Source: Octopus sinensis
Lineage: Eukaryota
NCBI RefSeq assembly: GCF_006345805.1
Contig: NC_043003.1
Span: 113,026,001 to 113,090,000, forward strand
Reading direction: 5' to 3'
DNA: 64,000 nucleotides
The notes under the pieces are model-generated. The model saw only the letters and a program-made list of their open reading frames with translations. It was not told where the DNA came from and did no database searches. Numbering within the stretch: the stretch's first letter is position 1; the number at the start of each line of letters is the position of its first letter. Shown here in pieces: positions 53,781 to 64,000 of the stretch. Made by a program: the position numbers and the translations under genes.

Positions 53781-55124
53781 CTACGTTTTTTTCCCACATT
53801 TATTGTTGTTCCATTTCATTTTCCTCTCGTTCTCTTTCTTTTCTTGTGTTTCTCTTCTCGAGTCTACTGCTTCGTTCATCTCCGTTTGTGTATTTGAATT
53901 TTCTCCCGACTGCAAATACTTCTCTTCCATCTGTTCTTTTTCTTTGAGCCTAAACCACTGCCTCACTTTTCTTCGCTTTGCAGGTTCATCGCTCTCAACA
54001 CATCTTCCATATATATTCTCTCAGTGTTACCGTCCTGGTCTGTTATATTCTCTGCCATTCCACTACTTTTTTCCGTTTCTTCCAAAGTTGGTGACTTTTT
54101 CAAATGCGTCTCTTCCATCTGCTCTCTATCTTTTAGCTCACACAACTCTAAATTTTCTCGCTCTGTTTCGTCTTCGTTTTGCAGTTCCATCGCTCTCTCT
54201 ATCCCTTCCATAGTTGGCTCCTCGGTGTTACCGTTCTGAAAAGTTGTATTCTCTGCCGCTCCTTTACTCTGTTTGCCTCTTCCAAACTTGGTGACTTCTT
54301 ACGTTCTCTCTCCCTTCTCTTCACCATATTCGTTCTATTATTGTTCTCCATCTTCTCTTCATCGGCTGCTTTTTCTTCCACCGTTGTTTCCAACCCTTTC
54401 TCTACTTCTGTTTTCGGGAATTTCCTTCACATATGGCCCCTGATGCCACACAAGTAGCATTTTGGGGATCTTCCCTGTAGCACAATATCCAACTTTTCAC
54501 CGGTCGGTAATTCTACCGTTTCCGGTATTTCCTGATAGTATTCTTCGGTTATAGCGCAAACTGCTTCAATTTCATAACCCCAAAAATTCAAACATTGCGA
54601 TTTACTCGCTGTTAGAACGTTTAACTTTGTACTTCCTTTCTTCAAGATCTTTCCGAAGATCCCCACTATTACCCATTCGGGCTCTATTATGGGTGGGATT
54701 CTTCCAACTCTAATTTTCCCAAACTTTTTTCCTGGTTTGTCGGGAATGAGAGTTCGCCTATTTCCTTCTATCACTTGGTCATTCTTCTTTGCCGCCTCCA
54801 CATTTTCAAATGTAATATTTATCGTGCCGTATTGGCTTCCTCTATTTATGAAAACCACTCTATCCATACAGCACGATACCATCGTTTCTATTTGAAATTC
54901 CGGTGCTATTTCAATCCTCCTGGATTCGTTGGAGAATGTTCTGTATACTCTTGTTGAATCCCTTAACATTTTCTTTTTCTCCTCCGACATTACAAGCTTC
55001 ACATTTCTAATTTGCTCAAGTATCTCTTCATCTTTTCAGGGTCCCAATTCAACGACTTCAGTGTTATCTTTCTTAATTTCTCTTTTTCCAGGTCTTCCGC
55101 TGTCACTTTAGTGTAGCTCTTCAT
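53781..55124 (-). pseudogene. Degenerate LINE ORF1/gag-like gene (RRM-like region, CCHC knuckle, E/K-rich tail)
   Basis: MKSYTKVT... frameshift ...LPTGEKLDIVLQGRSPKCYLCGIRGHM*RKFP (CX2CX4HX4[C>F]), then acidic repeats KKSPSLEEA/KKSPTLEET. Confidence 0.75.
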
Positions 55125-55400
55125 TCTCAATTTCTTCTTTCACCGACAAACGTCGGCCTCACGCGAACTTTCGAGCACCTTCTCACAATAAACAACAAAA
55201 ATCTAGGGTAGTGTGTCCTTTTCTCTTTATTATAGGCACAATGGCCTGATTACACAGAGGGGACAAAACAAGACAAAACGGGAACATAGAACAAATGATG
55301 TATGATTGATGGAGTCATTAATAATTGATGAGAATGAAGCTGTTCGACTCACTCCCGCTGTGAGACGAACAGTGAGTTTTTCACATTAAAAACGCAATAC

Positions 55401-55621
55401 CTATTTCTTTACTACCCACAAGGGGTTAAACACAGAGAGGACAAACAAGGACAGACAAACGGATTGAGTCGATTATATCGACCCCAGTGCGTAACTGGTA
55501 CTTAATTTATCGACCCCGAAAGGATGAAAGCCAAAGTCGACCTCAGTGGAATTTGAACTCAGAACGTAACGGCAGACGAAATACGGTTACGCATTTCGCC
55601 CGGCGTGCTAACATTTCTGCC
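55401..55621 (-). mobile_element. SINE family B inserted in the upstream direct repeat
   Basis: Absent from the other repeat copy; head slightly truncated; no TSD. Confidence 0.9.
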
Positions 55622-55714
55622 CGGGTCTCACTGTGAGGCGAAACCGCGATGGTCTTCTTATCAATATCGTAAAATTTATCATTATTGTTCACATTCGTCT
55701 TTGTATTTTTTTTC

Positions 55715-55840
55715 TATTTTATATATATATATATATATATACATATATATATAGATATATATATAATATATATTAGATATGTAGATATATATATATAGTG
55801 TATATATATGTATTATATATAATAGATATAAATATATATG

Positions 55841-55874
<34 letters not shown>

Positions 55875-56099
55875 GTTGTATATATAATAGATATATATTA
55901 TATATATTAGTATATATATATGTATCTATATATGTATAATATATATGTATATATATATGTATTACTAATATGTATATATATATGTATAATATATATGTAT
56001 ATATATATATGTATATATATATGTATATATATATGTATATATATTATGTATATATATATATGTATATATATATGTATATATATAGTATATATATAATGT

Positions 56100-56130
<31 letters not shown>

Positions 56131-56479
56131 TGGATATATATATATGTATATATATATATATGTATATATATATGTATATATATATGTATATATATATGTA
56201 TATATATATATGTATATAATATATAGTATATATGTTATATATATGTATATATATATGTATATATATATTATATAATATATATGTGTGTAGATATATGTAT
56301 ATATATATGGGTATATATATGTATATATAATGTATTATATATATATATATGTATATATATGTATACATATATATGTATTATAGATATATATATATATATA
56401 TGTATACATATATATAGATATTATATATATATGCATATATATATATGTATGTATATATCATATGTATATATATATATGT

Positions 56480-56538
<59 letters not shown>

Positions 56539-56945
56539 GTATATGTATATATATATGTATTATATATAGGTATATGTTATAATATGTATATATATATATG
56601 TATATGTAATATATGTATATATATATGTATATGTATATATATGTATATATATATATGGGTATATGTATATCTATATATATATGTATATGTATATATATAT
56701 AATGTATATGTATATATATATATATATATGTATATGTATATATATATATGTATATGTATATATATATATGTATATGTATATGTATATATATATATATGTA
56801 TATGTATATGTATATGTATATATATATATGTATATGTATATATATATATGTATATGTATATATATATATGTATATATATATATATGTATATATATATGTA
56901 TATGTACCTATGTATATATGTATGTTTGTGTTTGTGTGTGTGTAT
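55715..56945. repeat. ~1.2-kb compound (TA)n/(TATATG)n microsatellite
   Basis: Directly visible. Confidence 0.95.
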
Positions 56946-57239
56946 GTGATGGCATAACTTTAAGGGATTTGTTGCGTATGGCCGGAACAACGCAAGGTAG
57001 AAAAGAAACTACAAAAGGATTTCTTCAGGACAGTTGGAAGAAACTATTAGTTCAAAAATCTCATTGCTCAGATTTGTGAAGGGGGGGAGGTTGAGATGGA
57101 AGAAGGAAGAGGAAGAAGAAGAAGGAAGGTGGAAGGAGAATGAAGGGGGACGAAGAAGGAAGGAGAAGGAAGGTGGTGGAAGAAAGAACGTGAAATATGC
57201 AGCCTGGTGTTGCAATAGCAAACAGTGTGCCTCAGAGTT

Positions 57240-57510
57240 CTTTCCTGTTGTTAATGACTGGTATGAATTTCTTGAGAAGGAGAGTCATCATGATTCTGAG
57301 ATGGCCCTGATGCAAACTTTAAATTTCTGGGTTTGGCACTTCGACAGATGTTTCGTTATTGAAGTATCCGTGTGGGTATGTTCTTTTATACAGATGTACA
57401 ATTTCCTGGCGGTGCTCCCTACGCAGGATGCTCCACATTTACTGCAGACTACTTCCTGTACGACATAGAACATAGAGCACGTTTTGATGTCGTTGATGGG
57501 TGGGGCAATT
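57240..57510 (-). mobile_element. Penelope-like GIY-YIG endonuclease remnant (probably continues beyond the MITE to about 58350)
   Basis: YVVQEVVCSKCGASCVGSTARKLYICIKEH..ITKHL resembles the PLE motif VVY..C..C...YVG.T.R.L..R.KEH. Confidence 0.6.
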
Positions 57511-57518
57511 GGTTATGT

Positions 57519-57951
57519 GGATCTTTTCGGTTTCAACGGCAGTTTTTTCTAGCGGTGTCATATAAAATTGTCACCCATTATTATGACCCTAGTATCGATC
57601 TATTGCGTTTCAATCTGTTTTAGGATTAGGGTTAGTTATGGTTAGGGTTAGGGGTGGGGGGAAGGGTATCTTTTTTTTCTTCACAAATGTAAATAAACCC
57701 AATCTGTTTCTTAACGAGAGACATATCCATTCGGCACAGAATGTTTTTTACCTCAATAGACGTCAGTGATTGGTTTAATTGCAGTAATTGAAGAAGAAAA
57801 AACAACAAATATCTTACAAACTATAAAATTTTCTCAATAAATCCAAGAGAAAAAGATGTTTTATAAACACATTCGACCAGTATACGAAGTTTAAAATTTT
57901 TTAGTTACCTAGAAATTATGTTAAAAACTGCCGTTCAAACCGAAAAGATCC
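57519..57951 (+). mobile_element. TTAGGG MITE, copy 5
   Basis: TIRs present; TSD GGTTATGT/GGTTATTT. Confidence 0.9.
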
Positions 57952-58393
57952 GGTTATTTTGTATCCGAAGATACTCTCTAGTATTTTTACTCGGCAAAAC
58001 TTTCCTTAGAGATGGACCGGAGCGCCATCTGTATGTTGCTCCCCACTCCTGCTGATTCCATATTGTATAGTTGCAGTTGGTCTGTTATTAGAATTACCAG
58101 AGGCTGAGAACATAATTATTTTTTTCTGTTATATGGTGAATTGATAGTATTTACATTAAGATTGTTATAAGTTTATATGTATGCTTATTGTAAAATTCTT
58201 GTTGACTGGTTCTTGAAATTTCGGCATTCACCTTTCAAGACTTGAAGATTCGCTCACCTTGAATTTAAGATAGGTATTATTATAGTCTCCTTCGCTATAC
58301 ACAGTCACCATATTGAATTTGCTGTTGTTATTCTTAATTTAGTATCAAAATTATATATATATACATATGTGTGTGTGTATAATAATAATAATA

Positions 58394-58802
58394 CGGCAGT
58401 TTTTAACATAATTTCTAGGTAACTAAAAAATTTTAAACTTCGTATACTAGTAGAATGTGTTTATAAAACATCTTTTTCTCTTGGATTTATTGAGAAAATT
58501 CTATAGTTAGCAAGATATTTGTTTTTTTTTTCTTCAATTTCTGATATTTTAACCAATCACTTACGTCTATTGAGGTAAACAACATTCTGTGCCGTATTAA
58601 TATGTCCCTCGTTTAAGAAACAGATTGGGTTTATTTACATTTGTGAAGAAAAAAAGATACCCTTCCCCCCACCCCTAACCCTAACTAACCCTGACCCTAA
58701 AAGAAATTGAAATGCAATAGATCGATACTAGGATCATAATTATTGGTGACAATTTCATATGTCACCGCTAGAAAAAAACTGCCGCTCAAACCGAAAAAAT
58801 CC
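58394..58802 (-). mobile_element. TTAGGG MITE, copy 6 (inverted, one TIR truncated)
   Basis: Reverse complement of copy 5. Confidence 0.85.
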
Positions 58803-59480
58803 GTTTATAAATTAAAATATTTTCAAAGTTGGATATGTGTTCATGAATTCAGATATTTACAGAATCCAAAATTGGTCACGTGTTCGTATTCAGACGTGAA
58901 TATTAAACAGTATAAAGTCACAAAAATACGAGACACTTGAAGCTAGTGAATTTGGACTACTTTCCTTAAATGTGTATTCAAGGGATCAACTACTGCGTAG
59001 CTAGTGGGGTCTTCTACATGTTTCTAAGAATGCAAACAATGAACGCAAATCTAAAAATGTATATGTGTATATGTGTGAATTGAATAAAGACAGGCAAGGA
59101 GTGCGGATCTGAGTGTATATGTGTGTGAATATGTGGGTGTAAGTTTCAGTCACTCTCAAAGATATATAATGTGTAAAAAGCGCAAACATATCTCATGGTT
59201 CTATGAGATAAGCGAAGTAAAGAATGTAAACATGTAGCAGTGTAGATCAGTGTGTGTGTGTGTGTGAGTGTGGTTTTTTTTGTATATGGTTCGCTAAAAA
59301 AACTAGCATTAACTGGCGCCCATTCACATGCAATAATATCAACACAAACGAACACGCATACACACAAACATACACACATATACGCATACATATACGATTT
59401 TTTTCGTCCTGTGCGTATGTATGCTCGACGTGACTGGAGGTTTAGAAAAACACACATATACACACATAGATGTATATACG

Positions 59481-59650
59481 TATATACGACGGGCTTCTTT
59501 CAGTTTCCGTCTCCCAAATCCACTCACAAGTCTTCAATCGGCCCGAGGCTACAATAGAGAACATTTGTTCAAAGCGCTACAGAATGGGACTGAACCCGGA
59601 ACAACGTGGTTGGGAAGCAAGCTTCTTACTCCACAGCCACGCTTGCACCT
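59481..59650 (-). mobile_element. SINE family A head module only
   Basis: CGACGGGCTTCTTTCAGTTTCCGTC...CCACAGCCACGC. Confidence 0.8.
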
Positions 59651-59692
59651 ATTACACACATACATACGTACATATGTATATTATATATATAT

Positions 59693-59734
<42 letters not shown>

Positions 59735-59775
59735 ATATATTATATATATATATTATATATATAATATATATATAT

Positions 59776-60179
59776 GCGCCGGAGTGGCTGTGTGGTAAGT
59801 AGCTTGTTTACCAACCACATGGTTCCGGGTTCAGTCCCACTGCGTGGCACCTTGGGCAAGTGTCTTCTACCATAGCCTCGGGCTGACCAAAGCCTTGTGA
59901 GCGGATTTGGTAGACGGAAACTGAAAGAAGCCTGTCGTATATATGTATATATATAAGTGTGTGTGTATATGTTTGTGTGTCTGTGTTTGTCCCCCTAGCA
60001 TTGCTTGACAACCGATGCTGGTGTGTTTACGTCCCCGTTACTTAGCGGTTCGGCAAAAGAGCCCGATAGAATAAGTACTGGGCTTACAAAAGAATAAGTC
60101 CCGGGGTCGAGTTGCTCGATTAAAGGCGGTGCTCCAGCATGGCCGCAGTGAAATGACTGAAACAAGTAAAAGAGTAAAA
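59776..60179 (+). mobile_element. SINE family A
   Basis: Full bipartite copy. Confidence 0.9.
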
Positions 60180-60193
60180 AAAGGTATATATAT

Positions 60194-60236
<43 letters not shown>

Positions 60237-60245
60237 GTATTCATA

Positions 60246-60294
<49 letters not shown>

Positions 60295-60948
60295 TGAATA
60301 CACACGTACATATATTCATATATTTGTGTACATACGCGTATGAATGCGTATATGTAAGTATGCTTCTAGATGGATGTATACGGGAGAGTGATGTATGTCT
60401 GCGTGTCTATGTATATATATATATTAAATACGCACGTATATATGTGTGTGTGTGTGCGTGAGTGTGAGTGTGAGTGTTTGTGTGTGTGTGTGTGTGTACA
60501 ATTGATACATTGCTACAGAGATATGGCTTGATTGCCATCAATACATAGAGACAATTAGAAGACAGTAGTAGAAAAATTGGAGGAGAAAGTCACTCGGAAA
60601 AAAAGTAAAAATCTATTGAGACATCAAAAAGCCCGTCGTTTCCAACAATTGAAACTGGAATTGAAATGGTAATAGAATAGTTATGAAGTGGCTTGTTTGT
60701 CTTGCGAATATTTGCATAAGAGTGGCGCCGAAGAGTCCTATCCTTGACATTTTGGGAGTCAGAAAAAAGGGCACTGCTGAACAAGGAGCTTTGGAATTTG
60801 GAATTTTGATGTTGAGAGGAGTTTAACATAATAATATAAAATGTTTGATGTCTTCCATATTACTGCGTCTCATCACATATACTTACGAATATATACATAC
60901 ATTCATAGATGCACGTATACATTTGTACATACATACATAACTACATAC

Positions 60949-61005
<57 letters not shown>

Positions 61006-61168
61006 TATATATACTACATATATTCCATATATTTGGTGTACATACGCGTATGAATGCGTATATATAAGTATGATTCTAGATGGATGTATACGGGAGGGTG
61101 ATGTATGTCTACGTGTATATGTAGTATGTATGTATATCTCTCTATCTATCAATCTCTTTCTCTCATTC

Positions 61169-61199
<31 letters not shown>

Positions 61200-61329
61200 C
61201 TCTATATATATATATATTATATATATATATATATATACTATATATATATGATATAATATACATAAATTTACATACATACATACATATCATATATATACCT
61301 ATACAGACGTATATGTGTGTGTATGTATG

Positions 61330-61386
<57 letters not shown>

Positions 61387-61956
61387 GATATGATATATAT
61401 AAATTATATATATATATATCTATATAATTTTTCCCTGTAAGTTTGGAGTTATACTCCCTATTATCATCATCATTATTATTATATGTAATATGCAGCCACC
61501 AGCCTCTGAAGGGCACAAAGCAATCGAAAAATGAATATAAACAGCAACATAGGAGACCTACAACAAAAACAAAATACAACCACATTTCACCTCCCAAAAC
61601 CAAACAACGAAGACAGAACTATGGAAAGACCATAACACCGAATAATATATACATGAACTATGTATCCGCTGACCAAATGGCAAACCAAAGAGGCAACTCT
61701 TTTTTACTAACTTATCTAGAAAATATGAAGGCCGACCTAAGCCAGGAGATCCAAGAAGCTATCAGCAACCATTTATGCAAAACACAAGGAACACCCACCC
61801 ACCACCATCTAGAAAATCATACACACACAATTCCATACAAAAACTACCCTCAGTGCTACCTCTGAACAATATAAAACATAACTTAGAACAATGCAAACAT
61901 CAAACTACCTTTACCTCGACATTCCTGTTAAATGTACGTGGCATCAACCACGTACA

Positions 61957-62262
61957 TTTGTTGTTTGTTCCTTCTCGAGCCATGCCTGGCTCATTAGGGT
62001 CGGTATGCCAGTTTCTTGGCGTATAGGTTCCCCACCTGGACGGGACGCCGGTCCGTCGCAGGTGAGCTGCAAGATGCAGGAGGAAAGAGGGAGAGAAAGT
62101 TGTGGCGAAAGAGTCAGCAGAAGTTCGCCATTACTTTCTGCCGGAGCTGCGTGGAGCTTAGGTGTTTCGCTCATTAACACACACATCGCCCGTTCTGGGA
62201 TTCGAACCCGCGATCCCTCGACTGCGAGTCCGTTGCTCTAACCACTAAGCCATGTGCCTCCA
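61957..62262 (-). mobile_element. SINE family C
   Basis: Reverse complement of the copy at 3731. Confidence 0.9.
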
Positions 62263-63194
62263 ACAAAAGATACATTGAACTAGTTCTTCTCGAAGCAGTA
62301 AGGCACCACCAAATACAACATAATATCGCCCACCCAGATGCTACGTTTCCATTGAATGACAGACAATAAACAATATCATGATAAACGTTGCTACATCGTA
62401 AATGTATCGCCAGGCTGGACAATTCTTTTTCTTTTAAGCTTATCATTGTTTTCATTATTTTTAGATGAAATAATAGAAAGAAATCCTTATTTATGTGTTA
62501 TTCTTTTTGTTTTAGTAATTTCTTTCTCTTGCCGATATTCATCGTCTTTTTTTTTTTACCAAGAGCCACAAGTCTAAGTTATCAATGAATATAAATAAAT
62601 GGAAATAGACGTCATTGACATGCAAGCATCCTTTATGTTAGACAGACGTATATTTTTTCTCTCAAAGCAAATGATTTCACATACTTCAGCCAATTTTGTG
62701 TATTATCTTCATTGAGTCTAAAATATAATCATATGCTTCAACAATTAGCTAATTGTTTCCTTTCTAAATTAATCACAGTTTTACAGTTTATGCTATCTTA
62801 CACAAGCGTGTTAAATGCCAGTGGAGCAGGTATTTAATATCGTTTATCTGGTGTAAAATAGTTCGCAGCCGCGTTGAACTCTACGATACGAACATTTCTT
62901 GGCTAAATTTCTCCGAAGTATTGTGGTCTATTTTTAAGAGTGAGGTAGAATAAATCCTGAAATACGAGCTTACAATATACATACGTATTAATAGATACAT
63001 ATATACATGCACACACACACACACACGCACACACGCACACACCCACACACACACACAGAGAAGAAGCCATCTCTTCCAGCTGACGTTTATAGCCCCAGGA
63101 AGACATCTCTTCCAGCTGGCTAACGACACACGTTCTGTGTCCCATTAGTATTTGTGAGGGGAGGTCATCGCTCCCATCTCTAGCCTTACGGGAT

Positions 63195-63241
63195 ACACAT
63201 TGACTCGAGTTTCTGGATGGTTACCCGTCCTCAGTGTGTGT
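63195..63241 (-). ncRNA. Type-I hammerhead motif (homologue of 53315), stem I imperfect
   Basis: Minus strand: acacaca CTGAGGA c ggg-taacca-tcc a GAAA ctcgagt C aatgtgt. Palindromic stem III ACTCGAGT. Confidence 0.65.
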
Positions 63242-63844
63242 TAATCACCAGCTGGTGAAGAAAACTCATTCCACTCGCAAAATACTATGTTTTTTCCAGC
63301 TCCCATCAATAGTACTGTCCTGTATAGGACACCACACTAGGTTGGCAATTATATGTTACGATTCCGTATTGCTACTGTTTATACCTCTCTCAGAGATTTA
63401 ATATAGCTTATTTCTCCTTTTTCGAGATCAGCGATAGTTTGTACCCTATCAAAAGTAAACTAATAAACTAAATGAGAGCTGCAGAGCAAGATATCTATAC
63501 GGTTTCAATTCTCGGTTGAATAAAATTCATTTTTACACAAAATTTGAGATAGAAATCATGCGTTCACAGATATTTGTAATCGAACTCTGTATAACTAAAT
63601 GGATGGATGCTTGGCTATTAAATTATGGCAATTAAATTATAGATAACTGAACGAAATAAGGCTGCTAATCCCAGAAGGATTTGAATTTTGATCGTGGAAA
63701 TACAAACCTACATACTTGTGTAAGGTAAAAGAAAAACTCTACTTCTTCGGCCTTCCTCCCACCTTATTTATCTCCTTTTATTAATGATATAGTCATTGAC
63801 TTACCACTAGACACACAGACACTGGTGTAGAACTCTATCAAGTT

Positions 63845-63980
63845 TATATTAATTTATCGACCATGAAAGGAGTGGAAGTCAAACTAGTTAGGATTTGAAC
63901 TAAGAAACGCAGACGGCCGTAACTAAATCTTGGAAACCATTTCAATGGACATTCTCATATTTCTGCCTCTCCGCCACTTT
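63845..63980 (-). mobile_element. Old SINE-B relic
   Basis: TTAATTTATCGACC..AAAGGA..GATTTGAACT..TTCTGCC..CCGCC. Confidence 0.5.
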
Positions 63981-64000
63981 CTTTCTCTTCGATTAATAAT

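Larger units (their letters stand above)
53380..55670 (-). mobile_element. ORF1-only Tx1-like element bounded by ~240-bp direct repeats (53380-53619; 55213-55670 including a SINE insertion)
   Basis: The repeats differ at roughly 9 positions in 240 by eye. Between them lies a degenerate gag-like ORF and no RT. Confidence 0.7.

Noticed and set aside
53527-54213. 228-aa plus-strand hydrophobic ORF
   Set aside because: It is the antisense shadow of the purine-rich gag-like ORF.
61430-61950. Possible LINE ORF1/APE junction (LNVRGIN)
   Set aside because: The motif overlaps a 12-bp fold-back hairpin at the SINE junction and nothing else supports it.

Overview
AT-rich, repeat-saturated eukaryotic DNA with no intact autonomous gene. 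The SINE families, (TA)n/(ATT)n density and TTAGGG-bearing MITEs point to an octopus (coleoid cephalopod) genome; this is inferred from recognised repeat types, not from a search. The window is probably intronic or intergenic. It holds decayed Tc1/mariner (DD37D maT, DD36E, mariner), Gypsy, Tx1/L1-like, R4/Dong, RTE and Penelope remnants, at least four tRNA-derived SINE families, three non-autonomous Helitrons and a TIR MITE family with 8-bp TSDs. The most notable signal is a set of type-I hammerhead ribozyme motifs with short palindromic stem III. Two of them (53.3 kb and 63.2 kb) lie in homologous ~200-bp modules. One module abuts an ORF1-only Tx1-like element bounded by 240-bp direct repeats, whose 3' tail resembles a SINE tail and a Tx1 LINE tail. 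Host exons and a promoter are only weak candidates. All coordinates were read by eye and may be off by a few bases.
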